DNA of 64,000 nucleotides from Octopus vulgaris (GCA_951406725.2 OX597814.1:10664001-10728000), one strand, 5' to 3'; counted from the first letter of the stretch, positions 46,467 to 60,649 are shown. Translations and numbers: made by a program. The notes: generated by a model from the sequence alone, not told the origin.

Positions 46467-46873
46467 ATATTGTTATATTTCGGAATGGTATATTGCCAGT
46501 TTAGCCAATAAAACACACGCATATATTTGGTGTTATTTTGCTTCAGTGATATTTATTTTTTACATTAATCTTAATCTTATTTCGGCCAAAGTTCTTTCGT
46601 CACACTCCTGTGACCGCATCAGTGGTCCTTTGTTTTCTTCTCACTTACTTGTGTCTCTCCTTACTAACCGTCAGCCATTTTGTATTTCCTGTAAGTGAGA
46701 AGAAAACAAAGGACCACTGATGCGGTCACAGGAGTGTGACGAAAGAACTTTGGCCGAAATAAGATTAAGATTAATGTAAAAAATAAATATCACTGAAGCA
46801 AAATAACACCAAATATATAGTGCGTGTGTTTTTATTGGCTAAACTGGCAATATGACCATTCCGAAATATAACA

Positions 46874-46877
<4 letters not shown>
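46467..46877. repeat. inverted repeat, ~185-bp arms (46467-46648 / 46691-46877), between (TA)n tracts
   Basis: Direct reverse-complement match with a few indels. Confidence 0.95.
46712..46755 (+). ncRNA. hammerhead-like variant (mirror copy on minus strand ~46584-46627)
   Basis: cca-CTGATGC-g-gtcaca-ggag-tgtgac-GAAAG-aa-CTT-tgg; A9 is replaced by C. Confidence 0.55.
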
Positions 46878-46905
<28 letters not shown>

Positions 46906-46934
46906 GTGTATGTAAATGGAGTTAAACGCAGGTG

Positions 46935-46968
<34 letters not shown>

Positions 46969-47200
46969 TGTATGTATGTTTTTATGTCTATTTGACCCTT
47001 CCGCTGCTTGACAACCTATGTTGGTGTGTTTACTTCCCCATAATTTTGTGGCTCCGCAAAAACGACTAATAGAAAAAATATCTGGCTTATAAAGAAGGAA
47101 AATGTTGTCAGGTCGATTCTCGATTAAAACAAATTTCTTCAAGGCATGACAGCAGGCTAATTATTGAAATAAATATAAGATTAAAAAAATAAAAGACATA

Positions 47201-47246
<46 letters not shown>

Positions 47247-47441
47247 ACACACTCACACTTATATATATTTATGTATAATATGACTGTATGCAAGCCTGTG
47301 TGGTAGGAATCTTGCTTCCCAAGCACATGGTCCTGGGTTCAGTCCCACTGTGTAGCACTTTAGGTAAGTACCTTCTACAATAGCCACGACTGACTGACCA
47401 AAGCCTTGTGGGTGGATTTCATAGACGGAAAGAGGTCTGTA

Positions 47442-47585
<144 letters not shown>

Positions 47586-48368
47586 TTTACTTGTTCTGTT
47601 GTCCATTTTTTCTCTCGTTATTTACGTATTTAACTCCTTTGTGTACTTATTTCATGTTGTTCGCACAGTTGGTGACGTCTTGTAACCATATATGCATATA
47701 TATAGACACACATATATATATATCTTATTATTATGTATACACATGAATGAATATATTTACGTGTAAGTAATTTTGTGTCTATGTCTGTCCCCACCACCAC
47801 CACCACCACATCAGCGTTTGACAAGCTGTGTTAGTGTGTTTACGTCCCCGTAAAACATCGGTTGTGCAAAATACTCTTCAATGCAGTGCTCCACCATGAT
47901 CGCAGTCAAAGGACTGAACCAAGTTAGAGAATAAAAGTATAAAGAATACACATTTCTTTGTGTGTAACTGCGCGCGCATGTAGTTGTGTTCTAACGTAGA
48001 TATGAATGTGTGCCGAAACGCATCTTTTCATCTACTACGCATGTATATATTTGGGTTATATATTTGTACAGCATACTTTACAGACATGTATGTGTTTTAT
48101 ATTCGTGAGTGTCTTGTGAAGGCTGTATATTGTAAGCGCTTTTTCTACAGTTTAACTGCTGTCTGTGAAAATGGAGAATTGTTCGAATGTCGTTAGTACA
48201 TAATGCATTCTACTTATTATAAATGTGGGTAAAGAGGACGTATGCCTGTCTATATTCCTTGTCTGTGTTTCTCTGGCCTCCTCAAGTATTTCTATGTGAG
48301 ATAGAGATAGAGAGCCAGAGAGACACAGAAAGACAGGGTCTGTGTGTCTGCGTGTGTGTGTGTGTGTC

Positions 48369-48430
<62 letters not shown>

Positions 48431-48527
48431 CGTTTATGAAGGAGAGAAATTGTGTTTCTCTGACTGCGACTACGAGTAAACGCGTAAAAGCAAGCGCCTG
48501 TGTACAAAGGTATGTACCTTTTCGCAA

Positions 48528-48619
<92 letters not shown>

Positions 48620-49218
48620 GCTGCATGTATGTATGTATATATGTATGTTTGCGATATATGCTATTCAGATGACTATGAATACTTGGATGTTTGCTTATTC
48701 GAAGAAATACGAACGGATTTTTCCTGAGTACATAAGTTATATTGTACTTTGTGGGCTGTTGTTATTTATTTTTATTTTTATTCAACTTAAGCGGCCTAGG
48801 AAATATGACAGCTTCTTCTACGTGAATAATACTTTTCACAACTCGTGTGTGACTTTTAGCGCCATGCTGTCGCATCTTATTCCCATATATACAAGATTCC
48901 ACCAATATCCCACTTTCATCCACCACCAGTGTTTTCTCTCCATTACACCACCACCACCACCACCACCTTACAACAACAGTAACAACAGTCACAACCTCCA
49001 CTTTCACTTTCACTTTCCTTCTTCCGACGTGTTTTTTTTTTCTTTTTCACCTTTTCTCTTTATTATCCATTTTTTCCTGCCATTTTCTCTACTCTTTCAT
49101 CGTAATTTTAAATCACTTTCATCCATTCTTTGAATATCTACTCTCTATCTCTCACTTACCTTCTATCATTGTCTTATCCTTCATCTCCCCCTCTCCTCTC
49201 TCTCTCTCTCGCCCTATA

Positions 49219-49358
<140 letters not shown>

Positions 49359-49976
49359 CTATATTTCACCCATTCTTTACCAATTTATTTTGCATCTCTC
49401 TCTCTCTCTTTCTCTGTTTCTCACTCTCTCTACCCTCTCTGTTTATCTCTGTATCTATCTAATCAGCTATATATCTACCTCTAATATATTTGCACTCTTT
49501 TCATCTATTCCGATATTTCTTTCCTTTCAAATTTTCAAAATCCAATCCAGATATATATTTCTCTCTCTCTAAATAACCACCATCATTTCACGTCTCCCTC
49601 TGTCGCTGTCTTAATCTAGCCTTCCCTCTCAATCTCCCACCCTCTCGCTTCCTCTCTGTCTCTCTTTTTGCCCTCATCCCCCTCTCTCACCCCCTCCCTC
49701 TCGCTCTTTCTCTCCCTCTCCCTTTCTAATTTTCTCAGTTTTCTCTTCCTATCTGTAAATCTGTGTTCTTCCAGATAATCCCCATTTACGGATCTCACTT
49801 CTTTAGTTCTTCCCTTCCTCCTCCTTATATTTTCTATACACAAACACGCACACATACACTCATACACTCATACACATATATACACAAAGAACTTGCACGC
49901 ATATATTATATATAAATATATATATATGTTCCTCTATTTCCCTCCATTTCTCCTTAACACTCTATCTATCTATCTT

Positions 49977-50059
<83 letters not shown>

Positions 50060-50170
50060 CCTTATGTGCTCTGTCTATCTCATGTGTCTCTACATATGAA
50101 TGTACATTGATAATTTACACACATATATAAAGACATGTAAGCTCGTATATAAATTTGTGTGCGTATATAT

Positions 50171-50205
<35 letters not shown>

Positions 50206-50724
50206 GCACTTATATAAACACGGCATTCATTTACATATATATATATATGTGTGTGTGTATATATACATGTATACATATATATGTATGTATATATATATAT
50301 ACTTACGTATTTATGTTTATATGCATATGTGCATACATAGATATGTATAATTATACATATATACATATATACACACACACGCGCACTCAAACACACACGC
50401 GCAGACATACACACACCCATGCACCCTAACTCAGTCACTAATATATTAGCTGCTACCATGTCTCATGTTTTTTCTCCGCTTCCCTATGCTCGATCCATTG
50501 TCATTATATGAAATATGTGTAGTGTTTGTGTCGGCAATGCTGGAAGTGATGCTGGTGATAGCAGTGTAGGTGATGCTGGCAATGATAACAAAGTAGGAGC
50601 TGTTTAGCAGAGGATCAAGTGGAAATGGTAAATGAAAAAGACTGTGCAAGAACTGGCACGTAGCTCTTAGACGAGCAGTAATATCTTCTGAACCTTCTTA
50701 GGATTCCAACATCTGAGCTCACAT

Positions 50725-50871
50725 ATCATCATCATCATCGTCGACGTCGTCGTCATCATCATCATCATCATCATCATCATCACCATCATCAACATCATCA
50801 TCGTCGTCGTCGTCATCATCATATCATTATCTTCATCATATCATCATCGTCGTCGTCGTCGTCATTATCAT

Positions 50872-50923
<52 letters not shown>

Positions 50924-51250
50924 ACATCATCATCGTCGTCGTCATCACCATATCATCATCTTCATCATCATCGTCATCATCTTCAACAACAACAACACCA
51001 ACATCCATTGCAAAATCGTCATCATCATCAACATCATTATCATCATCATCATCATCGTGGTCGTCGTCGTCATTATATACATCATTGTCGTCATCATCAT
51101 TTTCATTATCATCATCAACATTATCACCTCGACGATGGCAACCCCGAATATCACGATGCTGATACTAATGATAATGATCCTAATGATGATGATGATCCCG
51201 ACGACGATATCATCTATATCATTGCTTTTCATTTTCATAATTTTTATCAG
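50725..51250. repeat. degenerate (CAT/CGT)n tract
   Basis: Visible directly. Confidence 0.95.
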
Positions 51251-51706
51251 TTATCTTTCCATGAGTTATCTTTCCATCTTCATCTTCATCGTGACGATTT
51301 CCCAGCCTCTGACTGTTCCATATTCCTATTAGCACCATCACTTTCTTAATAATCAACAATCTCAACCGCTACTATCGTCACCTTCATCATAATAATAACG
51401 ACAATGATAATTATTTTTCTCATCATACTTCATTCTGCGAATTGCAATACTTGATACCGTCGTAGCTAACATCGACATTATTATCACCAGCGTTGGCATC
51501 TTTGCGCTTGAAATCATCGTCTACCTTCTCGTCCTATTCGATATCATCATCTTTTCATCATCATCGTTATTATCTATATTAGCTATAAATGAAGGAATAT
51601 GTTATACCTATCCATTCCATAAACTTTTGTGATTTATATTTCATGTAATTTTACTTAACTCTCTCATTTTTTTCTTTCTTCTTCTGCTTTCCTTCGTATA
51701 TATATA

Positions 51707-52102
51707 CTAGCAGTATCGCCCGGCGTTGCTCGGGTTTGTAAGGGAAATAACTATATAAGCATTTTTAGAGATGTAAAGTATAATAGCCATCTCAATATGG
51801 CTAACCACAAAGAGGGGGTGTTACTGTAGCTTTTTACGTTCTGAGATTTAATAATAAATTTTTAGAGAGTTACTTCCCTTATACATGCCAAAAATGCATT
51901 AAAAATGGGAAAAATTGATGGTAAATTTTTTTTTTAATCGTAGACTCATCGTAGACGCGCACTAATACCCAGAAGGGCTCGATATGAATCACGACTATAA
52001 GATACCCGGTTTGGGTTAAACTGCACCGCAAAATGTGGGAGTAGTTGGGAATCTAAATCGTAGGAGACAGACAGCACACAACCTCACTTTTATATATAAA
52101 GA
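51707..52102 (-). mobile_element. non-autonomous Helitron-like element
   Basis: Minus strand A|TCtttatatataaa...cccgagcaacgccggg hairpin...CTAG|T, with no TSD. Confidence 0.85.
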
Positions 52103-52169
52103 TATATACATATCGTTTTTGGATTTGGTTTGCAAGATTCTTTATGTGAGTTCGTGTTGAAGCATATTC

Positions 52170-52326
52170 TGTTGTGTCTGGGGAGAGTCATTCTCTTTTA
52201 GCGTCTCAATTGAAAAGGTTGCAAGACGCAACGAAAATTTTAGAAAAATAAATGACTGGAAATTTTATCGGTGAGTGTGTTAAATTATAAGGCACTAAAA
52301 GAGAATGACTCTCTCCAGACACAACA
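52170..52326. repeat. inverted repeat, ~37-bp arms
   Basis: tgttgtgtctggggagagtcattctcttttag vs ctaaaagagaatgactctctccagacacaaca. The upstream sequence 52130-52170 resembles 46428-46475. Confidence 0.85.
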
Positions 52327-52412
52327 ATATACGTACGTACGTACATACATACATACATACATACATACATACATACATACATACATACATGCATACATAC
52401 ATACATACATTC

Positions 52413-52463
<51 letters not shown>

Positions 52464-53269
52464 TTTACCATAACATGCAATCCGCAATCCTTTGGATTAT
52501 GAATATCACCTTGGAATTAACGTTTTTATCATTCCTTACTATTTCTATTATGTTATTATCTTATTTTATTTTATTATTTTAACTTACTTCTTCACATGTT
52601 AGTTTCCTAACATTATAATCTCTTTGATGAAGCTTTAGGGCTCAGTCAGTGTCCAAGCCCTGTTCAATGTTTGTTCAACCTTTGTAAGGTCCCTGTATAT
52701 TACTGGCATAATGTGGAAAATTTGGCAGATTAGGCAACCCATAGTAGAAGTCATGTTGACTAGGTTAACAAGAAAGCATCTTGTCGCAGTTTATAGATTA
52801 ATTGCAATTTCTGGGAGATAGATTAGTGAAAATTTTCAGTATTGGATCAAATGCCTTTCGGGATCGGATCTTTCAGTCGTAAGTTCTAAATCACTGTCGA
52901 TCATCAGAAATAAATTACTTTGGTATTCAGGGACGTGACACAGATGCTTTTGATATCTATTACATTTATGCAATTGCCCTATTATCTCAGTTGATCACTC
53001 ACAAGACCCGCGTTGTAGAGTATACATATGTATATATTATGTAAATACATTTGTATTAATATGTTAACATCACTTTGAAAACCCGTTGTTTGAATCAATT
53101 TCCAATGTGCAGCATTGTTCTGTAGCATGGCTATTTATATGTTCGTAAATGTATTATACATATAAAGTTGTGTAACATATATTACAGAAGCAGGTAACCT
53201 TAAAAAAATAACTAAGGAATATAACTAACAAAACCGAGGACTCTCTCCTCAGCTGTCAAGCGATATCAA

Positions 53270-53780
53270 AGCAATTCACGCGAGGATATATCTGCATTGC
53301 TTACAAATGTTGATATAATAGAGACGATACGAAAGGGTGTATTGACCATTATTAGATATCGTTCCAGCTTCTCGAGCAAATTTGGGGTTCGGGAAGTCGT
53401 AGAAATTCTCTGACAACCACTTATGGCAGGTTTCTGGTGGTATAACAAGAAACCAAATCCACATAGACTTCAAGCAGCGATCCTCTACAACCAGTGTTTG
53501 ACTACAGTCTACATTACCTTCACATAGCAGTCTGAACTGAGCTTTAGGCCCTGTTTAAAGATGGAGGGCATGACGTCACCATCCCTGAAGTCTCACCCAA
53601 AGGCATGTTAGCCATGTTAGTCAGTGTTGCAGCTATTCATATAACGTTTTACAGCCTTAACAGTCTCAACGGGACATTGAGCAGCGGTCATAATGTTAGC
53701 ATTCTGATACCTGGTGTGAATCGTCAGAATACAGGTAAATCTCTTCAAATATTCGAATGGCTTCCAGTACCTAACATTTT
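53270..53780 (-). pseudogene. degenerate IS630-Tc1-mariner (DD37D/maT-like) transposase relic
   Basis: Minus-strand translations DGDVMPSIFKQGLKLSSDCYVKVM*TVVKHWL*RIAA and TCHKWLSENFYDF resemble the GDVMPP..GL.LN..Y...V.PW and WLSENF segments of this group. Stops and frameshifts are present. Confidence 0.7.
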
Positions 53781-53885
53781 TTCAACTACAGCTTTCAGTG
53801 TGTTATCTCCAAGGCCGTTCACTGCTCACCGAGCATTTCTTGAAGAGGAGATATAAAACAATCGTCAAACGTAGTTCGAAAACCC

Positions 53886-53931
<46 letters not shown>

Positions 53932-53934
53932 TAG

Positions 53935-53965
<31 letters not shown>

Positions 53966-54226
53966 TATATCCATATATATATTATGTATATATATGCACA
54001 CATATATATATAATATATATATATATGCATATATACATACATATATGTACATACCTACAGATATGTGTATATATACTTGCATATATGGGTAGAAGACGTA
54101 AAAGACGTGAACAAGATTAAAAACGAAAACAAATCATTTTGTTCACGTTTTATTGTGACGTCCTGTACCCATATATGCATGTATATATCCATATATATGT
54201 AGGTATATAATATTTGTATGTATATA

Positions 54227-54264
<38 letters not shown>

Positions 54265-54654
54265 TATGTGTGTGTATATATATATATATATATATTTATA
54301 TATTGATTTATATATTTATATACTTAGATACTCTTTTTATATTCTTATATCTTTTTTATATATTTAAACATTTTTTACTCTTTTGATACTTTGAAATTTT
54401 TGCTCTTTTACTACCTTTTGCAACCACCACCCTCCCTCTTTGTGATCCCTAACTCACTAAAGGTTCAACCCTCCCCCCAACCCCCTCCCTCTCTATCTCA
54501 ACATCCAATCTTCCTCATTCTACATCGAGTGAGAGACGAGATGGACGCTTCACTTTTGTGCTGGTGCCCCACCCTGTCGTACGCGACTGTGAAGATTTGC
54601 ATCCCCAACGTAAAACTTATAATGTAATACATGTCCTTGAAGTAGTAATAGTAC

Positions 54655-54732
54655 GCGGCTGAAGAAGGCCATAGACACACATTATGCATTGTTATAAATC
54701 CGTCTAATAAAGGCCCGAAACATATGTACCGC
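54655..54732 (+). ncRNA. minimal type-I hammerhead ribozyme
   Basis: gcgg-CTGAAGA-a-ggcc(atagac..gtcta..)ggcc-c-GAAAC-atat-GTA-ccgc. Stem I is gcgg/ccgc, the core is complete, and the stem III loop is palindromic. Confidence 0.85.
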
Positions 54733-54836
54733 TGAATCATTGGCATCATGTTTTTATTTTGATTAATATACTCTACCACCTACACCGCTAAATGGTAAAT
54801 ACAGGTGCTAACAATTATCAAGTATTCACCCTGAAT

Positions 54837-54927
<91 letters not shown>

Positions 54928-54939
54928 AGTATATATGTG

Positions 54940-54975
<36 letters not shown>

Positions 54976-55017
54976 GGAAAAAAATAGGAAAAAAAGCAAC
55001 AAGAATGGATTAAAATC

Positions 55018-55101
55018 TCGGTACGATCGTTTCGTACGAGGACATCTTTAATAAGCTACAAAAAATGCAGTGAATACAGATGGCTCGTACTCGTCAGCCG
55101 A
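55018..55101 (-). ncRNA. minimal type-I hammerhead ribozyme (inverted copy of 55832-55915)
   Basis: Reverse-complement copy in the left arm of the inverted repeat. Confidence 0.9.
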
Positions 55102-55831
55102 AAAAATATCAGAGAATTCCCAAACATCAAAAGGGGTAGATACAAAAGAGGTTGTAAGATTAACTGCATTGAAGAAAGTTCGATTCATGGAGATCCGATG
55201 AAAGGTTTTAAACCTATAGAATTTATGCATGTCTACATATAGCTCATATTGAATATTTGATCAAGTTGTATGAAGAAATTTTCGGATACAGTCATGCAAA
55301 ATTTCTGAAAATCCGAGTAAGAGGCAAAGTGACTGCCACATCATGTAGAGGAAAGTCTGAGTAAAAACATAGTGACTGTCATATCGTGTAGAGGAACAGA
55401 TTGTTATTGAAATTTACAAGAATCGCAGATAAGTTCGATTTTTTGGAGATCCGATGAAAAAGTCTTGAACTTACAAAATTTGTGTATGTCCTTATAGTTC
55501 GTAATCCAGTTTTGTGGAGAGATTTAGGGTACAATCATGCGAAAATATCAGGGAGTCCGAATGAGAAGCAAAAATGACAGTCTTATATTGTAGTGGTTCA
55601 GGTTGTTAATGAAATTTCGGATTTTCAGAAATTTTGCATGACTGTATCCGAAAATTTCTTCATACAACTTGATCAAATATTCAATATGAGCTATATGTAG
55701 ACATGCATAAATTCTATAGGTTTAAAACCTTTCATCGGATCTCCATGAATCGAACTTTCTTCAATGCAGTTAATCTGACAACCTCTTTTGTATCTACCCC
55801 TTTTGATGTTTGGGAATTCTCTGATATTTTT

Positions 55832-55915
55832 TCGGCTGACGAGTACGAGCCATCTGTATTCACTGCATTTTTTGTAGCTTATTAAAGATGTCCTCGTACG
55901 AAACGATCGTACCGA
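55832..55915 (+). ncRNA. minimal type-I hammerhead ribozyme
   Basis: tcgg-CTGACGA-gtacgag...ctcgtac-GAAAC-gatc-GTA-ccga, with a perfect core and stems I and II. Confidence 0.9.
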
Positions 55916-56097
55916 GATTTTAATCCATTCTTGTTGCTTTTTTTCCTATTTATAATCACCCCACTTGTCGTATGGTTAACACCATATAGATATCCGGTGC
56001 ATCCTAGTTAAGGACCATATTCATGTGAATTCTTTAGAATTCACTTGAATCTCAATTACTTAACCGAATATATATATACATATATATATATATACAT

Positions 56098-56146
<49 letters not shown>

Positions 56147-56149
56147 CAT

Positions 56150-56698
56150 GTTGGCTGCCCCCTCATTATCGAGTATGCCCATTGCACGAAGCTTAATCAG
56201 TGTTGTTATCTTGCAATATCTGTGCAAGAAGATTTTCTTAAAGTTAGGAAAGGCTGTGCACTGAGTCAATCCCACTCACTAAGCAACAGCAGCCATAATC
56301 CGAAAAGAACAAGTCAACATCATCGGTAACCACTGAGCCGCAGGTTTTATATCGGAGTTATTCCAGTTACCTGAGTTACCTTCTCCTAGAGGGATGCCCT
56401 AACAAAGGCTAGGAGTCCTTCACTCCCAATGGTTAAACCGCGCGATCGGGTATTCAGTCCGATTATTTCTATGTCCCCGCGCATGATACAGCCTTAAAGC
56501 ATTTATTGGATGGCCGTTGACTCTCAAGAGTTCCTCCGCCCTTTGATGGGTTTTGTTTTTCATCCCGCGGGGTGTCCAATAAACACCTTCCTCACCAAGC
56601 AAGCTTGGTGGGGTTGCCGGTTTAGTCGCCGACGACCCGGCCATGCAACAGATTGTACTGGGTTATACGTTACCAGTAGCACTCGAAAGTGACCTGAC
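56150..56698 (-). mobile_element. non-autonomous element with RTE-clade 5'UTR-like sequence (partial copy 39510-39765 +)
   Basis: About 250 bp is shared between the two loci. gggcatccctctaggagaaggtaactc resembles a motif found in RTE 5' regions. There is no credible ORF. Confidence 0.65.
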
Positions 56699-57166
56699 AT
56701 ATGTATATGTATATACATACATATATACGGAAGATGGAATATACAAGTATTTATCATTAACCTGAGATATATGTTTCGGGAAAGATAAGGCATTTCGAAT
56801 GCAGCACACAACGTGGATCTCAGGTCATCTACAGACAGAATCACACTAACGTGGAAATTCTTCGAGTGCTGAACATGCAAGTTTCGCAACGGTAAAGCAG
56901 TTGTTTGGGTTTAGCGAAGAGTAAAATATAATTGAAAGAGAAAGACAAAGAAAGACTTAAAAAGATTTTTAACGATCGGTTATTAATGTTTCTGTATGAA
57001 CTCTGCTTTCAACGCCAGTTAATGCAACAGTTCCACGTGTAAATTTAAGTAATATTTACGGTTTTAAACGTTAGAGCGGCACTTCTTCAAAACTGCATCA
57101 AGTCCCACTCTTACTTTGTGCGTCTGCCAGACTCTGTGAAAAGAAGGAACGCTTGTATGTTCGTCG

Positions 57167-57197
<31 letters not shown>

Positions 57198-57423
57198 TGT
57201 ATGTATGTATGTATGTATGTATGTATGTATGTATGTATGCATGTATGTTTGTTAGCAAGCATGTATGTATATATACATTTACACGTATGTATATAGACAT
57301 GTACACGTATGTATATGCACATGTACAGGTATGTATATACATGCATGCAAGCACACATATACAGACACTCACAATACAACACACAGACATGAGCCCGAAC
57401 ACACACATATATGCATATATATA

Positions 57424-57476
<53 letters not shown>

Positions 57477-57603
57477 TGTAATAAATAAAATAAATGCATA
57501 CATACAAACATATATGGACGTACCTACATCTACATGTATATATACATGCATATATAAATATATATATACGTGTGTACAGGACACCAGAAATAGACGTAGA
57601 ACA

Positions 57604-57657
<54 letters not shown>

Positions 57658-57938
57658 ATATATATTTATATATATACATGAATACATTTATACTTACCTA
57701 TATATATATATATATATATATATAAGTATACACGCGCGTTATCACTAATCAAACGCAGGAAAGTCTCGGACATTCATTCAATCTGTAACTTCTACTAAAT
57801 ATTAATTAAAAAAAATATATACTTATACTCATATCTGAAGTTCTGCTTTTCACCTTTACATCACTACACCTGTGTGCGCATCTATGTACCTATTTATCTA
57901 TGTATCTATGTATGTATGTATGTATGTATGTATGTATG

Positions 57939-57998
<60 letters not shown>

Positions 57999-58030
57999 CA
58001 TATATCTATATCTATATATATATACATATA

Positions 58031-58083
<53 letters not shown>

Positions 58084-58561
58084 TTAGAGATAAAACCACT
58101 ATTATGCAACTCAAACAGTGATAGACATAAACCAATACATAAATAACAAGTAATATATATTTTTATAAAACATATAACTTATAACTAGATCTAAAAAAGT
58201 ATAAATAACTGATAAATATATAATATAAGTAATATGTAATATAATAAGTAATACTGGAAGCTTGACTCGTGAATAGAAAACCATGAATGTTGTCGTCGGT
58301 TAAGTTCTTGTTCCGTCATTTTTTGAACTTTTATATATATATTCCTCTAGGTATACGTATATGCATGTATGTTGCTTAGGCCTGCTTAATAAGTGGGCTA
58401 TTTTAAAAATGCGTCTCCCTGAAAAATCTTTATCATTCCCTTTACATAAGGAAGAAAGTTCTTACGTTGGAAGACACACTCATATGTACAAAGTATGAAA
58501 GTCTTGATCCTTGAGCTATTTTTCAAATTTTCTACCGATGAAAAATTGAAAAATATACGTG

Positions 58562-58638
<77 letters not shown>

Positions 58639-58711
58639 TTGTGTCTCTGTGTGAGTGTGTATAAATATAATATATCTATATGTACATATATATATACATA
58701 TATATATATAC

Positions 58712-58758
<47 letters not shown>

Positions 58759-58763
58759 TACAT

Positions 58764-59193
<430 letters not shown>

Positions 59194-59241
59194 CTATTTT
59201 TTATACATACAAACACGTGCTTTCATATACCAACTTTCTCA

Positions 59242-59296
<55 letters not shown>

Positions 59297-59607
59297 AGAG
59301 AGAAGGAGAGAGTGAGAAAGAGAGAGGGAAAGAAGTTACAGCAGTATGATTCAAATTCCCTGGTACTTACATTTCAAAGCCCCTATCATAGTGAATGTGT
59401 AATTCGAATTTCACTGGCCCAATGATAAACCCCGTTAGGCTCTTTGAAACTCTAAGCTGCACGCTATTTGAATGAAACTGTTCTGATCCATACATGTAAC
59501 TCTCAATAAATTTGTTGACAGTGCTCTTCCTTTGTTTGTTCCACTCATGTATATGTACATAAATAAATACATACATACATACATACATACATACATACAT
59601 ACATACA

Positions 59608-59642
<35 letters not shown>

Positions 59643-59922
59643 GAGCGTCCAACTATATATATATATATATATTTACATGTATATATATATATGTCTGTAT
59701 GTATGTCTGTCTGTCTGCATGCATGTATGTATGTATGTATGTATGTATGTATGTATGTATGTATGTGTGTGTGTGTGTACGTATGTATAAATGTATGCAT
59801 GTATGTACGTATGTATGTATATAAAAGGTATTGCTATCTAGACGACCCAAAGAGTGTCAGGTAACGCTAAGTAAGTGCTATGGACACAGGGTAGTTAAAC
59901 TCTTGGTTCGAACATATATATG

Positions 59923-59962
<40 letters not shown>

Positions 59963-59969
59963 TTTATAT

Positions 59970-60312
59970 GTCTGTAACGTCCTGTTTTTGTTATTATTAT
60001 TATCATTATGGTTTTTACGTATTTTCGTATCCTTACTCGTGTTGTCATTGTTGTTTTTGCGTATTTTTGTATTCTTATTCGTTCCCGTTCTTGTTTTGTA
60101 TACATTCGAGGCTTTCTTCCAAGGAATCTAATGCGCTTGGCTTAGATTTTCCTTTGGGGCTGGCCAGGTCGGAGCAATCTCAAGATTAATCAGCCCAAAT
60201 TGCGAAGATGATCCGGTTCTTGACTGAAGATTGAAGGCTTCGAATGTCCCATCCGTTTTTTTGTATCGTTTTCTAAATGTTTTGCGTTCTTGTCCCAGTT
60301 TGTGTTTTTTTA
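59970..60312 (+). mobile_element. (TA)n-tailed mini-element family F1
   Basis: Homology to 1994-2340; ends in (TA)n. Confidence 0.8.
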
Positions 60313-60325
60313 CATATATATACAT

Positions 60326-60387
<62 letters not shown>

Positions 60388-60438
60388 CATTGAAGAAATG
60401 GAGTTGAACGAAGATTGAACAGAAATCGTTTTATTGCA

Positions 60439-60518
60439 TTCTACACGTGTTTCGAAAGCCACAATTTACCAAATTCCGATTGAATAAGGAGACCATATTG
60501 TGTCTTTCTCTTCAGGAA
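60439..60518 (-). ncRNA. minimal type-I hammerhead ribozyme (mirror copy of 60650-60729)
   Basis: Lies in the left arm of a perfect palindrome. Confidence 0.87.
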
Positions 60519-60649
60519 GAAATAGGAATTCCGTTGGCAAAAACAAAAACAGAACAGAGGCGCAGCAAAACAAATCGAACGAGGCTCGTTCGATTTGTTT
60601 TGCTGCGCCTCTGTTCTGTTTTTGTTTTTGCCAACGGAATTCCTATTTC

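Larger units (their letters stand above)
54982..55951. repeat. inverted repeat, ~335-bp arms (54982-55316 / 55617-55951), 300-bp spacer
   Basis: The same 60-aa ORF appears on both strands; I saw about one mismatch between the arms. Confidence 0.97.

Noticed and set aside
55048-55885. Identical 60-aa ORFs on both strands (likewise 75-aa ORFs at 60441-60727)
   Set aside because: They are a by-product of the inverted repeats and show no protein motif.
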